Assembly (NCBI GenBank): GCA_963827655.1
Contig: CAWHCF010000029.1
Location: forward strand, 173,410-237,409
Direction of reading: 5' to 3'
Source: an uncultured Acidobacteriota bacterium
Lineage (GTDB): Bacteria > Acidobacteriota > UBA6911
Length of the DNA: 64,000 nucleotides
The notes under the pieces are model-generated. The model saw only the letters and a list, made by a program, of their open reading frames with translations. It was not told the DNA's origin and searched no databases. The position numbers and the translations under genes were made by a program. Of this stretch, positions 20,182-32,658 are shown piece by piece. How positions within the stretch are numbered: position 1 is the first letter of the stretch; every line of letters starts with the position of its first letter.

Positions 20182-21498
20182 ATGGCCAAGAAATTCTTCA
20201 TTGAAACCTTCGGCTGCCAGATGAACGAGCTCGACTCGGAGAAGATCGCCGGCAGCCTCAGCTGCGAGGGTATGGAACCGGTCGCGGATCCCTCTCAGGC
20301 CGATGTCATCATCTTGAACACCTGCAGCATCAGGGAAAAGGCGGTCCAGAAGGTATACGCTCGTCTAGGAGAGATTAAGAAGCATCAATCCCGCAACCGT
20401 GACGTCGTGATCGGAGTCGTCGGCTGCATGGCTCAGCTCGAGGGGGAAAGGATTCTCGAGCGCGCCCCTTTTGTGAATATCATCGCAGGGCCGCAAAAAG
20501 GGCACATCATGCCGGGGCTCGTCGATCGGGCGGCTCGTACAAAAACGCCGGCGATCGATCTGCGCATGGACGAGGATCCAGAGCCGCTGGAAACGACTCA
20601 CATCTTACGGGAAAACCCGTGGCGCGCGGGCGTCACAATCAGCGAAGGGTGCAATCGGCACTGCGCTTTCTGCGTTGTTCCATTTACGCGCGGCAAAGAG
20701 AAAGACCGGGCCAGCACAAGCGTAATCCGCGAGATTGAAGACCTGGCGGCTCAGGGATATGTCGAAGTCGTTCTGCTGGGCCAAACGGTGAACTCGTATC
20801 GGGATCCTTCTCCTCAGGGAATGACGTTTGCAGGATTGCTCCGCCGCCTGGCGGAGATCCCTGAGCTGAAGCGCATTCGATTCACGTCGCCGCACCCGAA
20901 TGACTTCACGGATGAACTGCTCGATGTGATGATTTCCCATCCCAAGGTGTGCGACCAGATTCACCTCCCGGTGCAGTCCGGTTCCACGAGAGTCTTGCTC
21001 GCAATGCGGAGAGGTTACACGCGTGAGCGCTATCTCGACACCATTTTGAAGATTCAAAAATCTCCGCGACCGATAGCGCTCTCCACCGATATCATTGTCG
21101 GCTTTCCCGGTGAGACCGAGCCGGACTTTCACGATACCCTTCGTCTGCTCGATGAGGTACAATACGACAACGTTTTCTCCTTCAAGTACTCGCCGCGGCC
21201 CAACACGGCGGCCTTGGACCTGCCGGGTGAGGTTTCAGAAGAAGAGAAGGGGAGGAGGCTGAGAGTGCTGCAAGATCAACAGAAAATGATTCAATACAAC
21301 AAAAACGCAGCGTATCTGAACCAGAGCATGGAGGTTTTGGTGGAAGACAGAGCGCGCGCCAAGTTTTCACTTGCTGGTCGAGCCAGCAACAACAAAATCG
21401 TGAATTTCGATGGGCCAGAAGACCTCCTCGGGAAATTCGTTGAGGTCAAGATTACGGGCTTCAGCGCCAACAGCCTGAAGGGGGACTGGGTTCATTGA
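20182..21498 (+). CDS. miaB: tRNA methylthiotransferase MiaB
   Basis: TFGCQMN, NTCSIREKA, CNRHCAFC radical SAM motif and a C-terminal TRAM domain. Confidence 0.95.
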   Translation: MAKKFFIETFGCQMNELDSEKIAGSLSCEGMEPVADPSQADVIILNTCSIREKAVQKVYARLGEIKKHQSRNRDVVIGVVGCMAQLEGERILERAPFVNIIAGPQKGHIMPGLVDRAARTKTPAIDLRMDEDPEPLETTHILRENPWRAGVTISEGCNRHCAFCVVPFTRGKEKDRASTSVIREIEDLAAQGYVEVVLLGQTVNSYRDPSPQGMTFAGLLRRLAEIPELKRIRFTSPHPNDFTDELLDVMISHPKVCDQIHLPVQSGSTRVLLAMRRGYTRERYLDTILKIQKSPRPIALSTDIIVGFPGETEPDFHDTLRLLDEVQYDNVFSFKYSPRPNTAALDLPGEVSEEEKGRRLRVLQDQQKMIQYNKNAAYLNQSMEVLVEDRARAKFSLAGRASNNKIVNFDGPEDLLGKFVEVKITGFSANSLKGDWVH

Positions 21499-21512
21499 AT
21501 TCGGGAGGAAGC

Positions 21513-22010
21513 ATGAAGGAGATAGAGTTCAAGATAAAGGGTCTGATGATGGACCCCCTGACCAATTCGCCCATCGTGGTTCTTCAGGACACGACCAGCG
21601 ATACCCTGCTTCCCATCTGGGTCGGTATTTTCGAGGCCAATGCCATCGCGCTGCAGATCGAGAAAGTCGATACGCCTCGCCCGATGACTCATGATCTCAT
21701 GAAAGGTCTTCTTAATCATTTGAAGGCGAAAGTCACCAAGATTGTGGTCACGGAATTGAAGGACAATACCTTCTATGCACTCATTTTTCTCAGTGTCGAT
21801 GGCAAGACCATTACGGTCGACTCTCGCCCATCGGATGCCATCGCCCTGGCTCTTCGTACGGATTCCCCGATTTTTGTGACGGACGACGTTATTTCGAAGT
21901 CAAGCAGCACGACTCCTTCTGCCTTGACGGCGGAGCGGAGTTCGCCGGAAGACATCAAGCAGTGGCTGGAGAATTTGAACCCGGACGATCTGGGAAAATA
22001 CAAGATGTAG
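21513..22010 (+). CDS. bifunctional nuclease family protein (DUF151)
   Basis: LPIWVG.FEA.AI, PRPMTHDL and DSRPSDAIALA. Confidence 0.92.
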   Translation: MKEIEFKIKGLMMDPLTNSPIVVLQDTTSDTLLPIWVGIFEANAIALQIEKVDTPRPMTHDLMKGLLNHLKAKVTKIVVTELKDNTFYALIFLSVDGKTITVDSRPSDAIALALRTDSPIFVTDDVISKSSSTTPSALTAERSSPEDIKQWLENLNPDDLGKYKM

Positions 22011-22052
22011 ATTTCTTTCTGTTCTTTGATTTCTTCGAGTCAAGAAGCCGAA

Positions 22053-24542
22053 TCAGATCGATTTGGCAATTTTGAGGATGTCGCTTAGCACACCCGCAGC
22101 CGTGACCCCCGCCCCCGCCCCGGGTCCTTGAATCACCAGAGGATGCTCGAAGTAACGCGTCGTCTGGAAAACCAGAATATTGTCGGGGCCGGAGAGGCGC
22201 CCGATGGGCGTATCGCGAAGAATGCTTCGAGGTCCTACCACGCAGCCGTCCTGGCTTATGTCTGCGATATAACGCAGAACTTTTCCCTGGCCATGCGCTT
22301 TTTGCACCGCTTGGGCCATCTTCTTGTCCGCCTCCGTCAGCCTGGCCAGGAACGAGGCCACAGTTTTGAGCTTGAAAAATTTCCGCGGTAACATGGCCGT
22401 CAAACGAATCTGGCTCAGCTCCAGAGACCTCCCCAGCTCGCGCGCAATAATCAGAGCCTTGCGCGCGACATCAATGCCGCTGAGATCATCACGCGGGTCG
22501 GGTTCTGTGTAACCCAGCGCCATCGCCTCTGAGACCGCGCGGGAGAAGGGAACTCCTTCATCCATCCGGCTGCAAAGGATCCCGAGGGTGCCGCTCAGGC
22601 ATCCCTGAATACGAAGTATCTTGTCACCGGTATTGATCAAGTCTTGAAGCGTGTAGAGAAGCGGGAGCCCGGCGCCGAAGGTCGCCTCATACTGATAATT
22701 CAGTCCCTTGCGCCGCCGAAGTCTCTGAATCTCCTGGTACTCTCCCAGACTTGAAGTCAGCGGCTTCTTATTGGCCGTGACTACGTGAAACCCGCGTCGA
22801 AGCCCTTCGATATGAGTGGGGGCCAACTCAGCCGCCGTCGCATCGACGATAACAATGTCAGACTTATAGGTCCCGGCGATATGGCGGAAAATCTCGTCGG
22901 TTGAGGGTCTTTTGTCCGATCCGGCCAGTTCTCGAAGAGGTTTGCCCAGCCCGAGTAACTTCAGCTCCGCTCCTGTCAGTCCCGCAGGGACGAAGCGCCA
23001 GTGACGAGAGTCTGAGACCCCGAGCACCTTTAGATTTATCTTGCTGCCACGCGAGAGATGTTCCCGGTTCTCTTGAATCTGTTTCAGGAGCATTCGGCCG
23101 ATGTTGCCGCAGCCAAACACGAAAACGTGGAGATCGTTGGTCAGCCCGAACGCCGTGTGAATCGCCTGAACCGCCTGCTTGTAATCTCTTTCCAGAATCA
23201 CGGCCGAAATGTTCAGTTCGGATGAACCCTGGGCGATTGCCAGGACGTTGGTCCGGTGTTTGCCGAGCGCTTCAAAGAACTTCCCGGAAATCCCTGGAGT
23301 GCCGTGCATCCCAGCCCCGATAATCGACACGATGGACACGTTGCGTGTGAGCCCCACCTCCTCGATCAGATTCCTTTCTCTTTCCAACCGAAACTCCCGC
23401 TCAATCGCCTCCACGGCGCGGTTTGCATCACCGGTCCGAAGAACCATGCAGATACTGTGCTCGGACGAAGACTGGGAAATCATCATTACATTGATTTCCT
23501 GCCGGGCCAGGGCATCGAACAAACGCGAGGCGACCCCCGGGATTCCTACCATCCCGTTGCCCTGTATGTTCAGCAGGGCGAGATCGCGGACCGAGGTCAC
23601 GGTCTTGACCAGGGGCCGGCGCAGGCTGCGGTCTGTGATCAGGGTCCCCGGCGCTTCCGGATTGAAAGTATTCTTGATCCGGATCGGGATCCGATGGACA
23701 ACGGCCGGAATCATCGACTTGGGATGAAGTACTTTCGCGCCGAAGTAGGACATTTCGGCGGCCTCCGAGTAGCTGACCTGCGGCAGAATGGAGGCTTCGG
23801 CTACGAGGGTCGGATCTGCCGTCATGACTCCGTCAACATCGGTGTAGATCCAGAGTTCTCGAGCCCGCAAGGCAGCCGCCACGATCGAGGAAGAATAGTC
23901 CGAGCCATTGCGCCCGAGCGTGGTGACAACACCGTCTGGGGCGGCGCAAATAAAGCCGGGTACCACGGGGAGCAGTCCGCGGGCCACCAAAGGGCGGAGG
24001 TACCTCCGGACTCGGCGCTCGGTTTCGATGAAATTCAACAGGGCCCCCTGGCGATTCGGTTCCGCCACGATCCAGTCCCGGGCATCCGAATAGCAGAAAC
24101 GTGCGTCTCGTGCCTGCAGGGCCTTGGCCAGAAGGTTCGCCGAGAGAATCTCGCCATACGACAGGAGCTTGTCGAGGGTACGGTCACTGAATTCTTTGAG
24201 GAGGGAAATGCCGTATGCTATTTCCCGAATGTCGCCGAACTGCTGATCGAGAAACTGTTGAAGCCACTTTTGATCCTTAGGAGCGGTCAGCGGAAGGAAG
24301 TTTTCCTCATGGAGCTTGCGCAGCCGAATCCTTTCCGATTCCAATCGCGCGGTCTTGCCGAGCAAGGCGTCGCGCCCCAGGGCCAGAAGCCTGTCGGTCA
24401 CACCGGCCACCGCCGACACGACGATGACGATAGGCGCTGGTCGACTGTGGTTCTGCGCGATCTCCATGACCCTGTCGATGGAGTCGCGACTACCCATCGA
24501 AGATCCCCCGAATTTCAGAACCAGCAGATTCCGTTGCGCCAT
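22053..24542 (-). CDS. thrA: bifunctional aspartokinase/homoserine dehydrogenase
   Basis: KFGGSS, TLGRNGSDYS, two ACT domains, GCGNIG, TANKK and EPDPRDDLSG. Confidence 0.93.
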   Translation of the reverse strand: MAQRNLLVLKFGGSSMGSRDSIDRVMEIAQNHSRPAPIVIVVSAVAGVTDRLLALGRDALLGKTARLESERIRLRKLHEENFLPLTAPKDQKWLQQFLDQQFGDIREIAYGISLLKEFSDRTLDKLLSYGEILSANLLAKALQARDARFCYSDARDWIVAEPNRQGALLNFIETERRVRRYLRPLVARGLLPVVPGFICAAPDGVVTTLGRNGSDYSSSIVAAALRARELWIYTDVDGVMTADPTLVAEASILPQVSYSEAAEMSYFGAKVLHPKSMIPAVVHRIPIRIKNTFNPEAPGTLITDRSLRRPLVKTVTSVRDLALLNIQGNGMVGIPGVASRLFDALARQEINVMMISQSSSEHSICMVLRTGDANRAVEAIEREFRLERERNLIEEVGLTRNVSIVSIIGAGMHGTPGISGKFFEALGKHRTNVLAIAQGSSELNISAVILERDYKQAVQAIHTAFGLTNDLHVFVFGCGNIGRMLLKQIQENREHLSRGSKINLKVLGVSDSRHWRFVPAGLTGAELKLLGLGKPLRELAGSDKRPSTDEIFRHIAGTYKSDIVIVDATAAELAPTHIEGLRRGFHVVTANKKPLTSSLGEYQEIQRLRRRKGLNYQYEATFGAGLPLLYTLQDLINTGDKILRIQGCLSGTLGILCSRMDEGVPFSRAVSEAMALGYTEPDPRDDLSGIDVARKALIIARELGRSLELSQIRLTAMLPRKFFKLKTVASFLARLTEADKKMAQAVQKAHGQGKVLRYIADISQDGCVVGPRSILRDTPIGRLSGPDNILVFQTTRYFEHPLVIQGPGAGAGVTAAGVLSDILKIAKSI

Positions 24543-24872
24543 TAAATCGAAACCCTTTTTTGGGGAAAACCAGCCCGGCGATCCTATCACAAAGGAATTC
24601 GGTTGACAGGCTCCGCGAATGTCGCCCGCGAACGGCATCGCTGGCTAGTCCGACCCCGGCCGAGCGGCTGGAACTTCTTTTGATCTGCCCCGGGGCAAAG
24701 GATCGTGAGCCCTCACGAGCGCGGCCTGGGCCCGCTTCTGTTAGTTTACATAATATACATTATCAGAAGTTGAATCTGGCCGTCGAATCCCCCAAAGCCG
24801 TAGAGCCGTTGGCGATTCTGGCCCCCCTGCTTTACGCCTCTCGGCGCGCTGTGGTAGTCTTTCGGCGATCCT

Positions 24873-27225
24873 ATGGCCAGGATAGATATCCTGATTCTTA
24901 AAGCCGTCGTGCCGCCGTTTCTGATCTCGGCGGTGGTCCTGACTTTCGTCGTCTTCCTGCGCGAACTCGGGCGGATCTCGGAGCTCTTGATCACGCGCAA
25001 TGCGTCGCTCGAAGTCATCGGCGGGATCGCCGGCGTCCTCCTGCCCGGAATCCTTATCTTTTCTTTGCCTCTGGCTTATTTGATCGGGATTCTGATCGGT
25101 TTAAGCGGCCTGTCCGGCGAGTGCCAGATCATCGCGCTCCGCGCCTGCGGCGTCCCGTTACGAAGGTTGCTCTGGCCGGTTATGTCTCTCGGGGCGTCGG
25201 TGGGTGCCCTGACCGCCTTCTTGTCGCTAATTATCCTTCCAGCATCGAATGATATACTCCAGGGCCTAAAGGATCACATTGGCCTGCGCCAGGCCACCAG
25301 CCAGATCCAGCCCCGGGTGTTCAATGAAGAGTTTCCCAATCTGGTTTTCTACTTCGACGACATTTCGATTGAGCGCCGCAGCTGGTCGAATGTATTCCTG
25401 GCCGATAATTCGAATCCGAAGACGCCTCGCATAGTGCTGGCCCAGGAGGGTGGTTGGGTTTCGGATCGAGGCGCCCTTCGTCTGCAGCTTCACCTGAAAA
25501 ACGGCGCAGTGTATGAGTTCAATCCTGAGGATCCAAGCAACGATAATGTAAGTGTTTTTGTCTCGACCGACATCCCTATTGACCTCAGCCAGGGATCTAC
25601 TTCTCATCCGGGTGCCGGAGGGTCGTCGGGTGTCAAGAAGGTCGTCGAGCAGACCACGGCTGATCTGTGGCGCGGGGCTTCGGCGGCTACCCCTCTGGTC
25701 CGGAGGGAGCAACTGATCGAACTTCACCGCCGCATAGCGCTTCCCTTTTCGGTGATCGGGTTTACCCTTCTCGGACTTACTCTCGGGGTGACCACCAAGA
25801 AGGGTGGGCGGGCGCTGGGATTTGTCCTCAGTTTTGTCTTTGTATTGCTATTCTTCACCCTCTTTTCGGGAGGGATTCGTCTGGCGTCGGTAGGAAAGGT
25901 GCCGCCGTGGCTTGGAGTCTGGGGGGCGAACTTGATCCTGCTCGGGTTTGGCACGCTGCTGGTGGCGATGGCCGAGCGCAGTGTGCACGTGGGCAATTGG
26001 TTCGCCGACTGGCGCTGGAGGAAAAGGCTAGAGCCTCTTGGAAAACAGCTTCACCTGGAAGCGGCTCGTTCGGGAATCGAAAGGCTTGATGACGTAATTG
26101 TCTCTTCTACCAGGACCCTTGCCAGATTCAGTTTCCCGAAAATACTGGATGTCTATGTGAGCAAAGGCTTCTGCCTCTATTTTCTCTGGTCGACAATCGT
26201 TTGCACCACCCTGTTCGTGGTGCTTACGCTCTTCGATCTTCTGGATGACATTATCCGCAACCGCATCCGGCTCGTTTACGTTGTCGAGTATTTCGTGTTT
26301 CTCACTCCCCACATCCTTCTTCTTGTGATACCGATGTCGGTGCTTCTGGCTATTCTGATCAATTTCGGCATCCTGGAGAAATCGTCTCAGGTCACGGCAA
26401 TAAAAGCCGGAGGTCTGAGCTTGTATCGAATTGCCCTGCCCGTTTTTCTGATTGCGTCCGTCCTGTGCGTGGGCCTCTACTTCATGCAGGATTATTTTCT
26501 TCCTTATGCGAACATTCGGCAGGACAGCATCCGGCATCTGATTAAGGGCCGGCCTCCGCAGACTTCGATGCGGCCCCAGCGGAAATGGATTTTTGGTGAA
26601 TCGAACCGCATCTTTAACTACGATTACTTCGATTCCAGCCAGAAGGTGTTCGTGGGACTTAACGTCTACGAGGTAGATCTTCGTGCGCTCGAGGTCTTGC
26701 GAAGAATTCACGCCGCCCAGGCAACCATACGCGAGAATACGGATTGGACTCTCGAAAACGGCTGGATCCGCGATTTTCGGGCGGGGGGCGAAAGCTTTCG
26801 CCCGTTTACCCGAACCGAACTCTCGTTTCCGGAGAAGGCCTCCTATTTTGAGCGGGAGGTCTTTGAGCCCAAGGAATCTTCGAAACTCACCTACCTTGAG
26901 CTAAAGAATTACATTACAGACCTTCAAGAAATCCGGCTACAACGCCACTGAACTTCAGGTTGAGCTCTACAAGAAAATCTCTTTTCCGCTGAGTTGTGTC
27001 GTGATGGCCGTGCTGGGAATCCCCTTTTCCTTTTCAATGGGACGCAAGGGCGCTTTCTTCGGTATAACGGTGAGTATCGTGGTGGCGATGGCTTACTGGG
27101 GGATCTTCAGCGTGTTCGAGCAGATGGGAGCGTACGGGCTCCTGATTCCCCCGCTGGCGGCCTGGGCGGCCAACATCGTCTTTGCCGCCGCCGGCCTCGC
27201 GCTTCTCTTCACTATCCGCACCTAA
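24873..27225 (+). CDS. fused LptF-LptG LPS export permease (apparent frameshift near 26925)
   Basis: two LptF/G-like halves in one ORF; the shifted frame continues KSGYNATELQVELYKKISFP into the 27001-27225 ORF. Confidence 0.88.
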
Positions 27226-27228
27226 AAC

Positions 27229-27402
27229 CCCATCGTCGATTCGTCAATCGTCAATCGAGGCGGAGGTGACAGTCTTGCCTTGAGTCGGGATGTCGTCGCT
27301 CTGTAACTGGTCGAGGCGGATGGGAACTTCGACGGGGCAACGATCACAACGTTCGCTACCCATCGTCAAATCGTCAATCGTCAATCCGCAATCGTCAATC
27401 GA
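27229..27402. repeat. 7-nt-period repeat family, two direct arrays flanking about 100 nt of unique sequence
   Basis: cccatcgtcgattcgtcaatcgtcaatcg (27229) and cccatcgtcaaatcgtcaatcgtcaatccgcaatcgtcaatcg (27359). Confidence 0.8.
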
Positions 27403-28662
<1,260 letters not shown>

Positions 28663-28706
28663 TCATTCCTCAAATCAGTTTGTTAATTGAAATAGTTGGC
28701 ACGGGA

Positions 28707-29858
28707 TCAGAGTCCTGCGGCGGCGCGCAACTCCGGAGCCCGATCCGGTCGTTCCCACGTGAATTCCGGCTCGGATCGTCCGAAATGACCGTACGCCGCG
28801 GTTTTCCGGTAAATTGGCCTGCGGAGATCAAGCGACTCGATGATTCCGCGGGGAGTTAGCTTGAAACTATCCCGGAGCATCTCCTGGATTTTTTCTTCGG
28901 AGATCTTTCCGGTTCCGAACGTATCGACCATCAACGAGACCGGCTCGGCGACTCCGATCGCGTAGGCCAGCTGAATCTCGGCGCGCTCTGCGATTCCCGC
29001 GGCCACGATATTCTTGGCCAGGTACCGGGCCATGTACGAGGCGCTTCGATCCACCTTGGAAGGGTCCTTGCCGGAAAAAGCGCCGCCACCGTGATGGCCA
29101 TAACCGCCGTAGGTATCGACGATGATCTTCCGTCCGGTGAGGCCGCAGTCTCCCTGGGGACCTCCGATAGCAAACCGCCCGGTCGGGTTTATGTGGTAAC
29201 TGGTATTCTTGGCTCGCAGATTCTCAGGTATGACCGGTTTGATAACGTGTTCCATTACCTCTGCGCGAATCTGCTCTATGGTGATCGCGGGGTCGTGCTG
29301 CGTCGAAATAACAACGGTATCGACCTGAATGGGTGTGAAATTCTCGTAAAGAACCGTCACCTGTGATTTGCCGTCCGGCAAAACCCAATCCAGAATTCCC
29401 TGCTTGCGAACTTCCGAAAGGCGCTTCGTAAGTTTGTGCGCCAGCGTGATAGCCATTGGCATGCATTCCGCCGTCTCGTTGCTGGCAAAGCCGAACATCA
29501 AGCCTTGATCGCCGGCGCCTCCGGTATCGACGCCCATGGCGATGTCGGGCGATTGCTCGTCGATGGCTGAAATGACGGAGCAGGTGTCGCAATCGAATCC
29601 ATATTTCGCTCGGGTATAGCCCACCTCGCGAATGGTCTCGCGCGCCACTTTTGTATAGTCAACGTAGGATTTGGTAGTGATCTCACCGGCAATCATGGTG
29701 AGTCCCGTGGTCACCATGGTCTCGCAAGCGACTCTGCCCATGGGATCTTGCGCCAAAATCGCGTCCAGAACCGCATCCGAGATCTGGTCTGCAATCTTGT
29801 CCGGATGTCCTTCTGTAACGGACTCCGATGTAAACAGATATTTCCCGTGTACTGCCAC
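28707..29858 (-). CDS. metK: S-adenosylmethionine synthetase
   Basis: [19 protein letters not shown] and GGGAFSGKD. Confidence 0.98.
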   Translation of the reverse strand: MAVHGKYLFTSESVTEGHPDKIADQISDAVLDAILAQDPMGRVACETMVTTGLTMIAGEITTKSYVDYTKVARETIREVGYTRAKYGFDCDTCSVISAIDEQSPDIAMGVDTGGAGDQGLMFGFASNETAECMPMAITLAHKLTKRLSEVRKQGILDWVLPDGKSQVTVLYENFTPIQVDTVVISTQHDPAITIEQIRAEVMEHVIKPVIPENLRAKNTSYHINPTGRFAIGGPQGDCGLTGRKIIVDTYGGYGHHGGGAFSGKDPSKVDRSASYMARYLAKNIVAAGIAERAEIQLAYAIGVAEPVSLMVDTFGTGKISEEKIQEMLRDSFKLTPRGIIESLDLRRPIYRKTAAYGHFGRSEPEFTWERPDRAPELRAAAGL

Positions 29859-29922
29859 TTATTACTCCTCCTTCTGGATCATTTATCTGAAGAGATTTCA
29901 GGACGCCCAGACAAAACGGCAA

Positions 29923-29951
29923 CTTATAGCATGCTGTCCCAGGGTGGTCAA
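29923..29951 (-). promoter_or_regulatory. sigma70-like promoter for metK-ahcY
   Basis: minus strand TTGACC-17 nt-TATAAG with TG extension. Confidence 0.65.
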
Positions 29952-30005
29952 CGACGGGATTGTAAAACAATTGTCACGCCGGTCGAAGTGGATTTCCCGC
30001 TCAGT

Positions 30006-30899
30006 TTACGCCTTCGCTCGAGGGTGAAATTTTTTGTAAATCTGCTTCAGGCGTTCCCGGGTTATGTGCGTGTAGATTTGGGTGGTGGAGATATCTGCAT
30101 GTCCTAGCATCATTTGAACGGCTCGGAGATCGGCCCCGTTTTCCAGCAGGTGAGTCGCGAAGGAATGGCGGATCAAGTGCGGCGTGAGAGTCTTTCGGAT
30201 TCCGGCGTCGCGGCCGTAGTTTCGGATGATCTTCCAGAAGCCTTGCCGGGTCATCAGCGATCGGCGCCGCGTCAGGAACAAATAGCTGCTGTTACCCTTT
30301 TTCAGGAGGGCGGGGCGGCCGTCGCGCAGGTACTCCCGGAGGGCCTGTTGCGCTTCCCGACCCAGGGGCACGAGGCGTTCTTTGCTTCCCTTCCCCATAC
30401 AGCTGAGCACTCCCAGGGAAAAATTCACCTGCGGCAGAGTCAGGTTGACCAGTTCGCTGACGCGCAGGCCGGATGCATACAGGACTTCGAGCATGGCGCG
30501 GTCTCGGATGCCGATCGGAGTCGATGGGTCTGGTTGCTTGAGTAATTTCTCTACTTCGCCTTGCGACAGAAACCTGGGGAGGGGTTTAAAAGCCCTGGGA
30601 TTCTCGAGGTGCTCGGTGGGGTCCACCTGGATGACGCGGTCCACAATCAGAAAGCGGAAAAAGCTTCGGGCGGCGACCAGAGCCCGGGCGATCGACCGCG
30701 GCGAGAGTCCCTTTTTCCGGAGTTCCTGGCTCCATGACGCTACCTCGTCCCGGTCGAGCCCCGATAGATCCCGATTGCGCGCCGAAGCAAAGCCCCGTAG
30801 CTTTTCCAGATCCATCAAGTAGGCTGCCACCGAGTTTGCGGCAAGCCCCTTCTCGACTCTCAGAAATGTGCCGAACTCTGCCACCCAATCGCGAGTCAT
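30006..30899 (-). CDS. xerD: site-specific tyrosine recombinase XerD
   Basis: RDRAMLEVLYASGLRVSEL, GKGSKERLVP, TRQGFW, HLIRHSFATH and LGHADISTTQIYTH. Confidence 0.93.
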   Translation of the reverse strand: MTRDWVAEFGTFLRVEKGLAANSVAAYLMDLEKLRGFASARNRDLSGLDRDEVASWSQELRKKGLSPRSIARALVAARSFFRFLIVDRVIQVDPTEHLENPRAFKPLPRFLSQGEVEKLLKQPDPSTPIGIRDRAMLEVLYASGLRVSELVNLTLPQVNFSLGVLSCMGKGSKERLVPLGREAQQALREYLRDGRPALLKKGNSSYLFLTRRRSLMTRQGFWKIIRNYGRDAGIRKTLTPHLIRHSFATHLLENGADLRAVQMMLGHADISTTQIYTHITRERLKQIYKKFHPRAKA

Positions 30900-32527
30900 C
30901 GTCTCTTGAACTGGAGCCTGCGGCGAAGGATTCCGGATAGCTCGGTCGCCTCGGGCACGTGAAACAGCTGCAGCAAGGGGACGATGGAAAAGAGCGCCAC
31001 GGCAATGGCAGTTCCCAACGTGAGAGCCAGGCTGAGCGTGTCTTGACCTCGAAAAACCTCCCGGACAATCCGAAACACGAGCAGCGCCAGGCCCCCCATG
31101 ATGACCGAGGCCAGGATGATCTTCGAGTACATGACCAGGTCGCTTCGATCCGGGCGATCGCCTAGCCTTCGGTGCAGCTTCCGCAGCAGGAGGCCAAAAT
31201 TCAACCACGAAGCCGCGGCCGTAGCCACAGCCAGCCCCTTGAACCCGAGGGGAACAATCAACAAGAAGTTGACCACAATCTTGGCCGCGACTGACGTCAC
31301 ACTCGCGCGAACCGGAGTCCTGGTATCATCCAGCGCATAGAAAACCGGCACCAGAATTTTCACTGCGGAATAGGCAAAAAGAGCCAGCCCGTAGAACATC
31401 ACGACCTGGCTCGTCTGCAGTGTGTCGCTGGGCAGGAATTCGCCCCGCTCGTAGAGGAGCTGAACTATTTCCTCACGAAACAGAATCAGCCCCACGGTCG
31501 CGGGAAAAGTCAGGCAAGCGGCGAGCCGTAGACTCGATGCAACCGTGGCCGCCAACTTGTCGCTCTCTTTTTGAGCCGCGTGGTGAGAAACGGCAGTCAA
31601 GGTAACGGTTGCCACCGCTACTCCGAAGATGCCGATCGGCAGTTGCATCAGGCGGAAGGCGTAATTCAGCCACGACACCGGTCCGTCGCCTGCCATCGAA
31701 GCAAGCTGGTTGTCGACCGTGATATTGATCTGAGTGGCGGAGAGCCCGATGATTCCAGGCAGCATGAGGCGGCCAATACGACGCAGGCCGGGATCGGAAA
31801 AATCCACTGCGGGCTGGTACCGATACCCTTCTCGATAGGCGGCGGGGATCTGGACAAAGAATTGGGCGGCGCCGCCGATGATGGCGCCGATCGCCATCGA
31901 AACGATAGGGTCGAGTCCGAATCCGGGCATGAAGGGCCTGAGCAGAATTCCGGCCAGGATGCAGCAGACATTGAATGCCGAGGGCGCCATCGCCGGCAGG
32001 AAGAAGGAACCGCAGGCATTGAGCATCCCCATCACCAGGGCCGCCAGGCCTACGAAGAGCAGGAATGGCGCCATGATTCGTGTCATCTGGACCGTCAACT
32101 CGAATTTATCCGGCTCCCGCGCGAAACCCGCCGCCTGAAGATAGACAAACCAGCGGGCGCCGAAATAGATCGCCAGTGTCACGATTCCCAGAATTACGGC
32201 GACGGCATTGATCACGAGGTTCGCCAGGCGCCAGGCCCGGGGTCTTCCTCCCTCCTTGAGTTGAGCGACAAAGGTCGGGACGAAAGCCGAACTCAGCGCG
32301 CCTTCTGCAAAAAGATCGCGGAGTAGATTCGGAATGCGATAGGCGACATAGAAAGCATCGGTGAAGCGGCCGGCTCCAAAGTAATGGGCCACCACCATCT
32401 CACGGAACAGCCCGAGGACACGGCTGATTGCGGTGGCCAGCCCGACCAGACCGGCGGCACGGGCAACAGTTCGGGCGGATGGCGCTGGTGGCTCAGCTGG
32501 ACGATCGTGTCTGAAAGGCGTCACCAT
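30896..32527 (-). CDS. murJ: lipid II flippase MurJ
   Basis: SRVLGLFRE, RIPNLLRDLFAEGALSSAFVP and RLMQLPIG. Confidence 0.95.
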   Translation of the reverse strand: MVTPFRHDRPAEPPAPSARTVARAAGLVGLATAISRVLGLFREMVVAHYFGAGRFTDAFYVAYRIPNLLRDLFAEGALSSAFVPTFVAQLKEGGRPRAWRLANLVINAVAVILGIVTLAIYFGARWFVYLQAAGFAREPDKFELTVQMTRIMAPFLLFVGLAALVMGMLNACGSFFLPAMAPSAFNVCCILAGILLRPFMPGFGLDPIVSMAIGAIIGGAAQFFVQIPAAYREGYRYQPAVDFSDPGLRRIGRLMLPGIIGLSATQINITVDNQLASMAGDGPVSWLNYAFRLMQLPIGIFGVAVATVTLTAVSHHAAQKESDKLAATVASSLRLAACLTFPATVGLILFREEIVQLLYERGEFLPSDTLQTSQVVMFYGLALFAYSAVKILVPVFYALDDTRTPVRASVTSVAAKIVVNFLLIVPLGFKGLAVATAAASWLNFGLLLRKLHRRLGDRPDRSDLVMYSKIILASVIMGGLALLVFRIVREVFRGQDTLSLALTLGTAIAVALFSIVPLLQLFHVPEATELSGILRRRLQFKRR

Positions 32528-32658
32528 TGGTTCGATGCTCTCCTTGACTATCCTTGAGTGCGTATACTACCATAGGGCCCTGGCGCGGTAAAACCTTGAA
32601 TAGACGTGGTTTCTAGCCATTCAACAGGATCCGGTCTTGAACAGGCTCCGACGTTTGT

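Noticed and set aside
29859-30005. SAM or SAH riboswitch upstream of metK-ahcY
   Set aside because: The predicted promoter leaves only about 60 nt of leader, and no riboswitch consensus was recognised.
30006-30899. Tyrosine recombinase as a phage or island integrase
   Set aside because: It has XerD signature motifs, overlaps murJ by 4 nt in a housekeeping context, and has no att sites or cargo.
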